From contig JAITGN010000131.1 of NCBI GenBank assembly GCA_031280565.1, positions 7,696 to 71,695 on the forward strand: a stretch of DNA of 64,000 bases, in the 5' to 3' direction. A program made the position numbers and the translations under genes. This document shows positions 56,821 through 64,000 of the stretch, piece by piece; position 1 is the first letter of the stretch, and the number at the start of each line of letters is the position of its first letter. The stretch comes from Accumulibacter sp. (GTDB taxonomy: Bacteria > Pseudomonadota > Gammaproteobacteria > Burkholderiales > Rhodocyclaceae). The notes under the pieces were generated by a model, which did not search any database, was not told the DNA's origin, and was given only the letters and a program-made list of their open reading frames with translations.

Positions 56821-57657
56821 TCAGCGCGTTTCAAAAGGACGATAACGAAGCTTTATATCCCGCTGGAAGTGCGCCGGGTTGTCCGGTCTGGGCAGGGGAG
56901 ACGATTTGAGAATGGCGCGTTCGACCGCCTCATCAAGCGGTGGGTAGCCGCTGGACTGTATCAGCCTGACCGCCACGATTTCGCCCGACGGCAATTGCGT
57001 TACGCTGAAAGTCATTTCAGGGTTTCCGGAAATTCCCGAGGGAAGAACAACATTTCCACGAATTTTACCGCGGAGTCTCCCCTCGTATGCCGAGGTGTCC
57101 GCGCCTCCTCCACCTCCTCCACCCCATCCTCCGCCCCGGCCGGTTCCCGCGCCGCCTGGCTGGTCTGAAAATGCTTCTTCAATGGCTTGACGCACTTCAC
57201 GCTCTTGTGCTGCTCGTTGCCGGTTGCGCAGCTCCTCATTGAGCGCGCGCGAAAAATCCATTCTCGAGGCCGGTTTGTCACGTTCCGGAAGCAGCGGTTT
57301 TTCAGCCTCTTTTTTAATGCCTTTCTTTTTCTCGCTCTCTTTGATCACGATATCCGGCTTAAGCGGCTGTCTGCTTTCCAGCGGTTCGTGTTTCGGCTCG
57401 CGATACGTTTCTGGGCGCGGTTCCGGCGGTTTCCCTTGGGCCGCAGCATCCCTGGGAAGGCGCGCGCCGCCAGCCGCGCCGCCTCCGGGCGGGCCGGGCC
57501 GCCAGACCTCCACCATAACCGCGCCTCCCGCCTGGCGTTTCCACTGAATTCCAAGAAACAGCGCGCAAACAAACAGTGTGTGGATGAGCAGGGAAAAAAC
57601 CAGCGCGGTAACGCTGGTTTTTTCTTCGGGAACGCGCGGGTAATAATAGCTATCCAC
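56821..57657 (-). CDS. tolA: cell envelope integrity protein TolA
   Basis: N-terminal TM segment, a Pro/Lys/Glu/Gly-rich linker and a TonB/TolA-like C-terminal domain. It lies between tolR and tolB. Confidence 0.8.
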   Translation of the reverse strand: MDSYYYPRVPEEKTSVTALVFSLLIHTLFVCALFLGIQWKRQAGGAVMVEVWRPGPPGGGAAGGARLPRDAAAQGKPPEPRPETYREPKHEPLESRQPLKPDIVIKESEKKKGIKKEAEKPLLPERDKPASRMDFSRALNEELRNRQRAAQEREVRQAIEEAFSDQPGGAGTGRGGGWGGGGGGGADTSAYEGRLRGKIRGNVVLPSGISGNPEMTFSVTQLPSGEIVAVRLIQSSGYPPLDEAVERAILKSSPLPRPDNPAHFQRDIKLRYRPFETR

Positions 57658-57674
57658 GGGAAATGCCTCGCGGA

Positions 57675-58094
57675 TTATTTTTTGCCGGTCTTTACGGCAA
57701 GCGGCTGAACAAGCAGGCCGATCCGCTCGACCTGTTGACGTTGCAGTTCATCCATGACCTTAAGCACCGCTTCATATTTGACGCTTTTGTCGCCAGCGAT
57801 CAGCACGGGTTGCCCGGGGTTTTGCCGCCGCGCATCCAGAACAGTACGCATCAGCTCTTCGCGCGGAATATTGCGCGGCCTGGGCTGTCCCGGAAAAATC
57901 AGTGAAAGCGATTCGTCGGCGGAAATGACGATCTGCAACGCCTCTCCAGGAGCCTGCGAGGATTTTCCTACCGAAGGGACATCAACGCTTGACGTCATCA
58001 TTGGCGCTGTCACCATGAAAATGACGAGCAGAACGAGCATAACGTCGATATACGGGACGACATTGATTTCGTTTTTCAAGCGGCGGGGGCGCAT
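57675..58094 (-). CDS. tolR: Tol-Pal system protein TolR (ExbD family)
   Basis: INVVPYIDVMLVLLVIFMV. Confidence 0.9.
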   Translation of the reverse strand: MRPRRLKNEINVVPYIDVMLVLLVIFMVTAPMMTSSVDVPSVGKSSQAPGEALQIVISADESLSLIFPGQPRPRNIPREELMRTVLDARRQNPGQPVLIAGDKSVKYEAVLKVMDELQRQQVERIGLLVQPLAVKTGKK

Positions 58095-58105
58095 ATGATT
58101 CCTCT

Positions 58106-58783
58106 TCAGCGCATCTGACGTTGCAGGATATTGGAAAATTCTTCCATGAACGATTCGAAGCGCGCCGCGAGCCGGTCAATTTCGTGGGAAAAACGGTTAT
58201 AGGCGACTACCGCGGGAATCGCGGCGAAGAGACCGATGGCCGTGGCGACAAGCGCCTCGGCGATGCCCGGCGCAACGGCGGAGAGCGTCGCTTGACCGAC
58301 ATTGGAAAGTCCACGGAAAGCGTGCATGATTCCCCAGACGGTGCCGAACAACCCGACATAAGGACTCACCGATCCCGCCGAGGCGAGAAACGCGAGACTG
58401 GAGTCAAGCCTGTCGACTTCGCGCTGGCAGGCCGCGCGCATGGCGCGTCGCGCTCCGTCAATAACATCTTTCGGTTCGAGATTCGTCTGGCGGCGAAGCT
58501 TTTTGAACTCGCGGAAACCGGCTTCGAAAATGCGCTCCATGCTGCCGCTCTTATGGCGCGGGCTTGTCGTTTCCTCAAAAAACGTCTCGAGATCGCCGCC
58601 GCCCCAGAAATCCCGCTCGAAATCCTCGGTCTGCTCACGCGCCTTGTTGACAGCGAACCATTTGCGGAATATGTAATACCAGGACATAAACGAGACACAG
58701 GCCAGAAGGGCCATAATGGCTTGCACAACGGCGCTGGCGTCGAGAATAAGGCGGAGAATTGAAAGGTCTTGCGAAACATTCAT
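58106..58783 (-). CDS. tolQ: Tol-Pal system protein TolQ (MotA/ExbB family)
   Basis: SPYVGLFGTVWGIMHAF and VAPGIAEALVATAIGL. Confidence 0.9.
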   Translation of the reverse strand: MNVSQDLSILRLILDASAVVQAIMALLACVSFMSWYYIFRKWFAVNKAREQTEDFERDFWGGGDLETFFEETTSPRHKSGSMERIFEAGFREFKKLRRQTNLEPKDVIDGARRAMRAACQREVDRLDSSLAFLASAGSVSPYVGLFGTVWGIMHAFRGLSNVGQATLSAVAPGIAEALVATAIGLFAAIPAVVAYNRFSHEIDRLAARFESFMEEFSNILQRQMR

Positions 58784-59214
58784 TGGTTTTTTTCCAGCGC
58801 GATGCGCAATGAAGATGGAATTGAAACGATTTTCATCTGCGCCGCGTTGACGCAGACAATCTGTATTTTAGCGTCGACAAGCGTTTCGCGGCATCCTTCA
58901 GCCACTTCGCGCCAAATGCGCTGCGAAAAAAACAGCTGGGAACGGGTGATTTTGTCGACGCGCAGCCCAGCATGGACAAGATCGTCAAGCCGCGCGGGTT
59001 TCAGGTATTCCAGACTAACGCCGCGCACAACGAACGCGATTCCCGGATCGCCCAACAGATCAATCTGGTCATGCCCGATGGAACGAAGCCACTCCGTGCG
59101 GCAACGCTCAAGAAATTTCAGATAATTGGCGTAATACACGACACCGCCCGCATCGGTGTCCTCATAATAAACCCGGACAGGGATGGAAAAAACAGAGAAA
59201 ACGCTGTCAACCAT
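58780..59214 (-). CDS. ybgC: tol-pal-associated acyl-CoA thioesterase
   Basis: VRVYYEDTDAGGVVYYANYLKF 4HBT hot-dog motif. Overlaps the tolQ start. Confidence 0.85.
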   Translation of the reverse strand: MVDSVFSVFSIPVRVYYEDTDAGGVVYYANYLKFLERCRTEWLRSIGHDQIDLLGDPGIAFVVRGVSLEYLKPARLDDLVHAGLRVDKITRSQLFFSQRIWREVAEGCRETLVDAKIQIVCVNAAQMKIVSIPSSLRIALEKNQ

Positions 59215-59250
59215 AATTCGTGACTCGTATTGTCCAGACAGGCCGCCTTG

Positions 59251-60324
59251 TCATGACGCATCCCGCCATAAGTCTTTTGAGGCCGGCGAGAGCGGCGTTT
59301 CGAGGCCGAGATGACGATAGATCGACGCCGTCGCCACACGGCCACGTGGAGTCCGCTGAAGCAAACCCTGCTGGATCAGATAAGGCTCAAGAACATCCTC
59401 GATGGTATCGCGCGCTTCGCCAATAGCCGCCGAAAGATTGTCGACGCCAACCGGGCCTCCGCCAAATTTTTCGATCACGGCGGAAAGCAATTTACGATCC
59501 ATGACATCAAGTCCCGCGGAATCGACATCAAGCATGACGAGCGCCTGATCAGCGACTTGTTGCGTAATGTGCCCCGCGGCCCTGACTTCGGCGAAATCCC
59601 GGACTCGGCGCAACAGCCGGTTCGCCACGCGCGGCGTTCCGCGCGAACGGCGCGCGATTTCCAGCGCGCCGCTGGAATCAATCGAGACCTGAAGCAGCCG
59701 GGCGGAACGGCTGACGATATGGGTTAATTCTTCCGGCGTGTAAAATTCCAGTCTGGCGACGATTCCAAAACGATCACGCAACGGATTGGTCAGCATGCCG
59801 GCCCGCGTAGTTGCGCCGATCAACGTAAAAGGCGGCAAATCGAGCTTGATTGAGCGCGCGGCCGGTCCTTCGCCAATCATGATATCGATCTGGAAATCTT
59901 CGAGCGCGGGATAAAGGACTTCCTCGACAACCGGACTCAGACGATGAATTTCGTCAATGAAAAGCACGTCATGCGGCTCAAGGTTGCTCAAAATGGCGGC
60001 CAGATCGCCCGCGCGCTCCAGAATCGGCCCGGACGTCTGGCGAAGGTTGACGCCAAGCTCCGCGGCGATGATATGGGCCAACGTTGTTTTGCCCAGGCCC
60101 GGCGGACCAAAAAGCAGAACATGATCAAGCATATCGCCGCGGCGCTTCGCGGCTTCGATGAAAATCGATAGTTGTTCGCGGATCCGCGCCTGGCCGACAT
60201 AATCAGCCAGGCGTTTTGGGCGCAACGCACGTTCGAACGCTTCTTCCTGAGGCGATTCCGCGCCTGCGGAAATCAGGCGTCTGTCGCCTTCGGCGACGGT
60301 GTCGATCCGGTCTTCCTCAATCAC
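59251..60324 (-). CDS. ruvB: Holliday junction branch migration helicase RuvB
   Basis: Walker [10 protein letters not shown] and FIDEIHRL. Confidence 0.95.
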   Translation of the reverse strand: MIEEDRIDTVAEGDRRLISAGAESPQEEAFERALRPKRLADYVGQARIREQLSIFIEAAKRRGDMLDHVLLFGPPGLGKTTLAHIIAAELGVNLRQTSGPILERAGDLAAILSNLEPHDVLFIDEIHRLSPVVEEVLYPALEDFQIDIMIGEGPAARSIKLDLPPFTLIGATTRAGMLTNPLRDRFGIVARLEFYTPEELTHIVSRSARLLQVSIDSSGALEIARRSRGTPRVANRLLRRVRDFAEVRAAGHITQQVADQALVMLDVDSAGLDVMDRKLLSAVIEKFGGGPVGVDNLSAAIGEARDTIEDVLEPYLIQQGLLQRTPRGRVATASIYRHLGLETPLSPASKDLWRDAS

Positions 60325-61390
60325 GGTTGATAAACTCTTCGTACTCGGCGCGATCCAGCCATTCGTTGATCAGCGCCTGACTCAGCGCCAGCAGGGTCGG
60401 CCCGATGAACAGGCCGATGAAACCAAATGCCAGAACGCCGCCGAGCACGCCAACGACGATCAGCAGCAAGGGAAGACTCGATGTGCGCGAAATCAGAATG
60501 GGTTTAATGAAATTGTCGACGCTGCTAATGCAAAATATTCCCCAGAACAGCATGAAAACAGTCCAGCCGGTCTGCCCGTTGCCATAAAGCCATATCGCCG
60601 CCCCGCCCCAAATCAGGGTAGCGCCGACGACCGGCACCATGGAGAAGAAAAAGGTAGCGACGCTCAACATGAGAACCTCCGGGATTCCGGCGATGAGAAA
60701 GCCGATCAGGGCAACGACGGCTTGTGCGGCGGCCGTTCCGATGATGCCGATCATGACGCCAGTCACGGTGCCGTTCGCCAACCTGAACATCCGCTCGCCG
60801 AGATCACCGGCCAGCCTCGTGCTCGCCGTATATAAGGCTCTAGAATAAATATCGGCGTCGCGGTAAATGAAAAAGGTAAAAAAGATAACCATTCCAAGCT
60901 GCATCAGTCCCTGACCAAACAGAGAAATCGCTGAAAGCGCCAAACGGCGGGTCGGCGCCAGAAACTGGCGCAATAGCTCATTCGTTTCTTCGTAGTTGCC
61001 CGCCAGGCCGCGCCAATACTCGCTGACATACGTGCCGATCAGGGGAATCTCCGCGACCCAGTCCGGCAAATGCGCAGGCAAACCGTTCTCGAAAAAAGGA
61101 TGCAGGTAATCCAGGATCGTTTCAATGGCGTCTGCGAACGATGTTGACAGAAGCGCCATCGGAAGAATCAGCACAACGACCAGCACGAAGCACAAGATAG
61201 TAGCCGTCAGGCTGCGGCGTCCGCCGCAAAGCCTGAGCAAACGGTCGCGTAACGGGGCTGTGGCGACTGACAGGGCAATAGCGAGAAGCAGTGTGCCGAT
61301 GAACGGCGTCAGAACGGCGAAACATCCGATCAACAGAAAGGAAACGATAACGATCTGGATGATATTCTTCTGAATCGAGTACATTGTCAC
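60317..61390 (-). CDS. AI-2E family transporter (PerM-like)
   Basis: 357-aa polytopic protein with a typical AI-2E C-terminal half ([16 protein letters not shown]...FIKPILISR). Confidence 0.75.
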   Translation of the reverse strand: MTMYSIQKNIIQIVIVSFLLIGCFAVLTPFIGTLLLAIALSVATAPLRDRLLRLCGGRRSLTATILCFVLVVVLILPMALLSTSFADAIETILDYLHPFFENGLPAHLPDWVAEIPLIGTYVSEYWRGLAGNYEETNELLRQFLAPTRRLALSAISLFGQGLMQLGMVIFFTFFIYRDADIYSRALYTASTRLAGDLGERMFRLANGTVTGVMIGIIGTAAAQAVVALIGFLIAGIPEVLMLSVATFFFSMVPVVGATLIWGGAAIWLYGNGQTGWTVFMLFWGIFCISSVDNFIKPILISRTSSLPLLLIVVGVLGGVLAFGFIGLFIGPTLLALSQALINEWLDRAEYEEFINRD

Positions 61391-61969
61391 TCATGCCCTG
61401 GAAAGTGATTTCAACGCCAGCCTGATCCCTTCCGCGACGGACAGCCCGGCCGGAATCGATTGCATGGCGGCTTTTGCTTCCTTGTCATTGTACCCCAGCG
61501 CAAGCAACGCATTCAGAATATCCGAGCGGCCGTCCTCTCCGGCGCGGGATGCGGCTGCCGCGAGGTTGTCATCGAATTTTCCTTTGAGTTCAAGCAACAG
61601 CCGTTCCGCTGTTTTCTTCCCGATCCCGGGGATTCTGGTAAGCGGCCCGACCTCTTGGCGCGTGACGGCCTGTGCCAGATCGCCGACAGACATCCCGGAA
61701 AGTACCGCCAGCGCCGTCCGTGCTCCGATTCCGGATATTCGGAGAAGTTGCCGGAACGCTGACCGTTCCTGACGCGTACAGAAACCATAAAGGAAATGCC
61801 CATCTTCACGCACAGAAAAATGCGTCAACAACGTTATTTTTTCGCCAGGCATGGGCAGGCTGTAAAACGTGCTCATTGGCACATCGACTTCGTAACCGAC
61901 GCCATGCGCGTCAATAAGCACTTGGGGCGGATTTTTTTCCAGCAGAATTCCTGAAAGCTGTCCTATCAT
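61391..61969 (-). CDS. ruvA: Holliday junction DNA-binding protein RuvA
   Basis: [28 protein letters not shown] and the HhH motif [16 protein letters not shown]. Confidence 0.95.
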   Translation of the reverse strand: MIGQLSGILLEKNPPQVLIDAHGVGYEVDVPMSTFYSLPMPGEKITLLTHFSVREDGHFLYGFCTRQERSAFRQLLRISGIGARTALAVLSGMSVGDLAQAVTRQEVGPLTRIPGIGKKTAERLLLELKGKFDDNLAAAASRAGEDGRSDILNALLALGYNDKEAKAAMQSIPAGLSVAEGIRLALKSLSRA

Positions 61970-62550
61970 CGTTTATCCATTACACGAATATTCGGCATCA
62001 AGCGTCCGTTCCGCATGCGGAACCCTTTTGTGGCAAGCGCTCCGGCACCCAGGCCGATCCCCTGACCGCCGTGCGCGTGCGCTATCGCGCACGCGAGCGC
62101 GTCCGCGGCATCCGCCCCAGGCTCGCCGGAAAGCGCCAGCAGACGGCGAACCATGTGCTGTACCTGCGCCTTGTCGGCGTGACCGTTGCCGACAACAGCT
62201 TGTTTGATCTGCAACGCTGTGTATTCGGAAACCGTCAATCCGCCGGCGACCATCGCTGAAATGGCCGCTCCACGCGCCTGCCCAAGCAAGAGCGTCGACT
62301 GGGGGTTTACATTGACAAAAACGATTTCGACGACGCCCTGGTCAGGGCGATATTGCGCGATCAACTCCCGCAAACCAGCGTGGATCGTCCCGAGACGCTC
62401 AGGAAGGGAAGCCGCCGGATTGGTTGTAATACATCCGCTGGCAACATAGGCGAGCTTTTTTCCAGACATCTCAATGAGGCCAAATCCTGTCGAGCGCAAT
62501 CCTGGATCAATGCCGAGGATACGAACTGGTTTGGATTGCGGACTATTCAC
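61966..62550 (-). CDS. ruvC: crossover junction endodeoxyribonuclease RuvC
   Basis: [19 protein letters not shown]. The nearest usable start is the GTG at 62550. The upstream extension to 62676 lacks homology-like sequence. Confidence 0.85.
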   Translation of the reverse strand: MNSPQSKPVRILGIDPGLRSTGFGLIEMSGKKLAYVASGCITTNPAASLPERLGTIHAGLRELIAQYRPDQGVVEIVFVNVNPQSTLLLGQARGAAISAMVAGGLTVSEYTALQIKQAVVGNGHADKAQVQHMVRRLLALSGEPGADAADALACAIAHAHGGQGIGLGAGALATKGFRMRNGRLMPNIRVMDKR

Positions 62551-62726
62551 GAAGGATGGATTCAGGCGGATAGGCTTCCGGCACAGTATATACTGCGCTC
62601 GCGTTTTTCTGATGAACTTCCTCGCGTATTCTTTCGCGAATCGCGGCCTCTGGAAATGTCCCGCCCTTTCCGCCATTTTTTCCGGCGGATGGATATACTT
62701 TCATCCCTCCGATCAATGGTTTCTCG

Positions 62727-63983
62727 TTGAATAACATGAGTTCAAGGCGTTCCGCCACCACAATGCCAGATGGCGACGCGTTGCGCCTCGGGCAGGTTTT
62801 CACGCCGCAGGCGATTGTCGATTGCATGCTCAAGCTGGCACGCAATGCCGGACGCGTTCTCGAGCCAGCGTGTGGCGAGGGTATTTTCCTCAAGCATTTT
62901 CCGGGAGGACGCGGAATCGAAATCGATCCCCGCTGCGCGCCGCCAGAAGCGGAAATCATGAATTTCTTCGCGCTGCCCGAGAACGAACTGTTTGATACGA
63001 TCATTGGCAATCCGCCTTATGTTCGCTATCGGGACATTTCATCCGGCACGCGCTGTCTCGCCAGCAAAAGCATTCTCGACAAACGCGCCAATCTCTATCT
63101 GCTTTTCATCGAAAAATGCCTGAATCATCTCAAGCCGGGAGGCGAGCTTATCTTCATCACTCCGCGCGATCTGCTGAAAGCGTCCTCCGCGGCTCCCCTC
63201 AACCAGGCGCTGTTCGCTTCCGGAACGGTCACCGAGTTCATTGATCTCGGCGATTTACGCCCTTTCGGCAAGGTGACGCCAAACTGCGCCATCTGGCGCT
63301 TCGAGCGCGGCGATTTTTCGCGCCATGCCCGATACGCGAAACTGGGATATACGGATGGACTTGAAGCGCTTGAAACGCCGCGATGGACACCTTGCCGGTT
63401 TTCCGAAAAAAACGGCCAGATATTGTTCTCCCGAAACGAATACGCCCTGCAGCTCTCCGACATCGCTTTCGTCAAAGTCGGCGCTGTTTCGGGCGCGGAC
63501 AGGCTTTACACGGACGAGAAGGCTGGTAACCGTGAATTCGTCTGTTCTTCGACGCTCGCCACTGGAAAAACGCGGCGGATGATCTGGTGCTCGCCTGGCG
63601 ATCCACCGCCCGAAATCCTGATTCCGCACAAACGGCAATTGATCGCGCGCCGGATACGGCATTTCAACGAAACCAACTGGTGGCACTGGGGGCGATCCTG
63701 GTTCCAGTCAAAACAGCCGCGCATCTACGTTAATTGCAAAACGCGCCATGAAAAACCTTTTTTTGTACACGGCTGCCCGAACTACGATGGTTCTGTACTT
63801 GCCATTTTCCCGTACAATCCAGGAACCGACATCCACGCGCTGACCGATGCGCTGAACGGCACGGATTGGGCAGACCTCGGCTTCATTTGCGACGGACGTT
63901 TCCTGTTTACCCAGCGTAGCCTTGAAAAAGCGCCTTTACCCGCAATCTTCCACGCATTCGCCTCTCTGCCCGGCACAGGATGA
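62727..63983 (+). CDS. N6-adenine DNA methyltransferase, gamma class (TaqI/Eco57I-type)
   Basis: GQVFTPQAIVDCM, motif I VLEPACGEGIF, motif IV IIGNPPYV; about 415 aa like M.TaqI. The start may be the ATG at 62736 or 62763. Confidence 0.75.
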   Translation: MNNMSSRRSATTMPDGDALRLGQVFTPQAIVDCMLKLARNAGRVLEPACGEGIFLKHFPGGRGIEIDPRCAPPEAEIMNFFALPENELFDTIIGNPPYVRYRDISSGTRCLASKSILDKRANLYLLFIEKCLNHLKPGGELIFITPRDLLKASSAAPLNQALFASGTVTEFIDLGDLRPFGKVTPNCAIWRFERGDFSRHARYAKLGYTDGLEALETPRWTPCRFSEKNGQILFSRNEYALQLSDIAFVKVGAVSGADRLYTDEKAGNREFVCSSTLATGKTRRMIWCSPGDPPPEILIPHKRQLIARRIRHFNETNWWHWGRSWFQSKQPRIYVNCKTRHEKPFFVHGCPNYDGSVLAIFPYNPGTDIHALTDALNGTDWADLGFICDGRFLFTQRSLEKAPLPAIFHAFASLPGTG

Positions 63984-64000
63984 TAGCAACGTTCCTTCTG

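Overview
This is a 64-kb chromosomal segment, probably from a betaproteobacterium. That assignment is an inference from gene content and synteny only: sspAB, acnB, rnfABCDGE-nth, tig-clpP-clpX-lon-hupB-tRNA-tRNA-ppiD, queEC-cpoB-pal-tolBARQ-ybgC and ruvC-ruvA-(AI-2E)-ruvB. I call about 50 protein genes, 5 tRNAs (Val-GAC, Arg-ACG, Asp-GTC, Val-TAC, Leu-TAG) and one cobalamin riboswitch. The riboswitch sits ahead of a TonB-dependent receptor. There are two further TonB-dependent receptors, one frameshifted and one with a Fur-box-like site. A PepT-type ABC importer operon is also present, and a TaqI-like N6-adenine DNA methyltransferase lies at the right edge.

The housekeeping blocks are separated by unusually repeat-rich junctions containing three repeat families:
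- GC-rich hairpin repeats, arranged in tandem and inverted arrays.
- A four-hairpin mosaic element of 95-171 nt, present 5 times, including internal-deletion variants.
- AT-rich elements of about 250-300 bp that share the boxes GCTTGAGAACGT and TCTGGAATAWTTT.

The most system-like accessory locus is 49.6-52.5 kb, between tRNA-Leu and queC. It holds three tandem cassettes, each ending in a copy of the first ~65-70 nt of a Mu gpG-like virion-morphogenesis gene. The cassettes carry an HExxH-motif protein, a start-less open frame and three small translationally coupled ORFs. I interpret this as a decayed Mu-like head module holding displaced MuF-type toxin/immunity-like modules; that reading is an inference.

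Other points to check:
- an 11-nt poly-C tract in the riboswitch-controlled receptor
- a duplicated riboswitch terminator
- homopolymer-associated frameshifts
- an integrase remnant at tRNA-Arg
- a FIST gene and class-1B pyrK-pyrD fused onto the rnf-nth cluster

All functional calls rest on motif and family recognition by eye. No database search was run.
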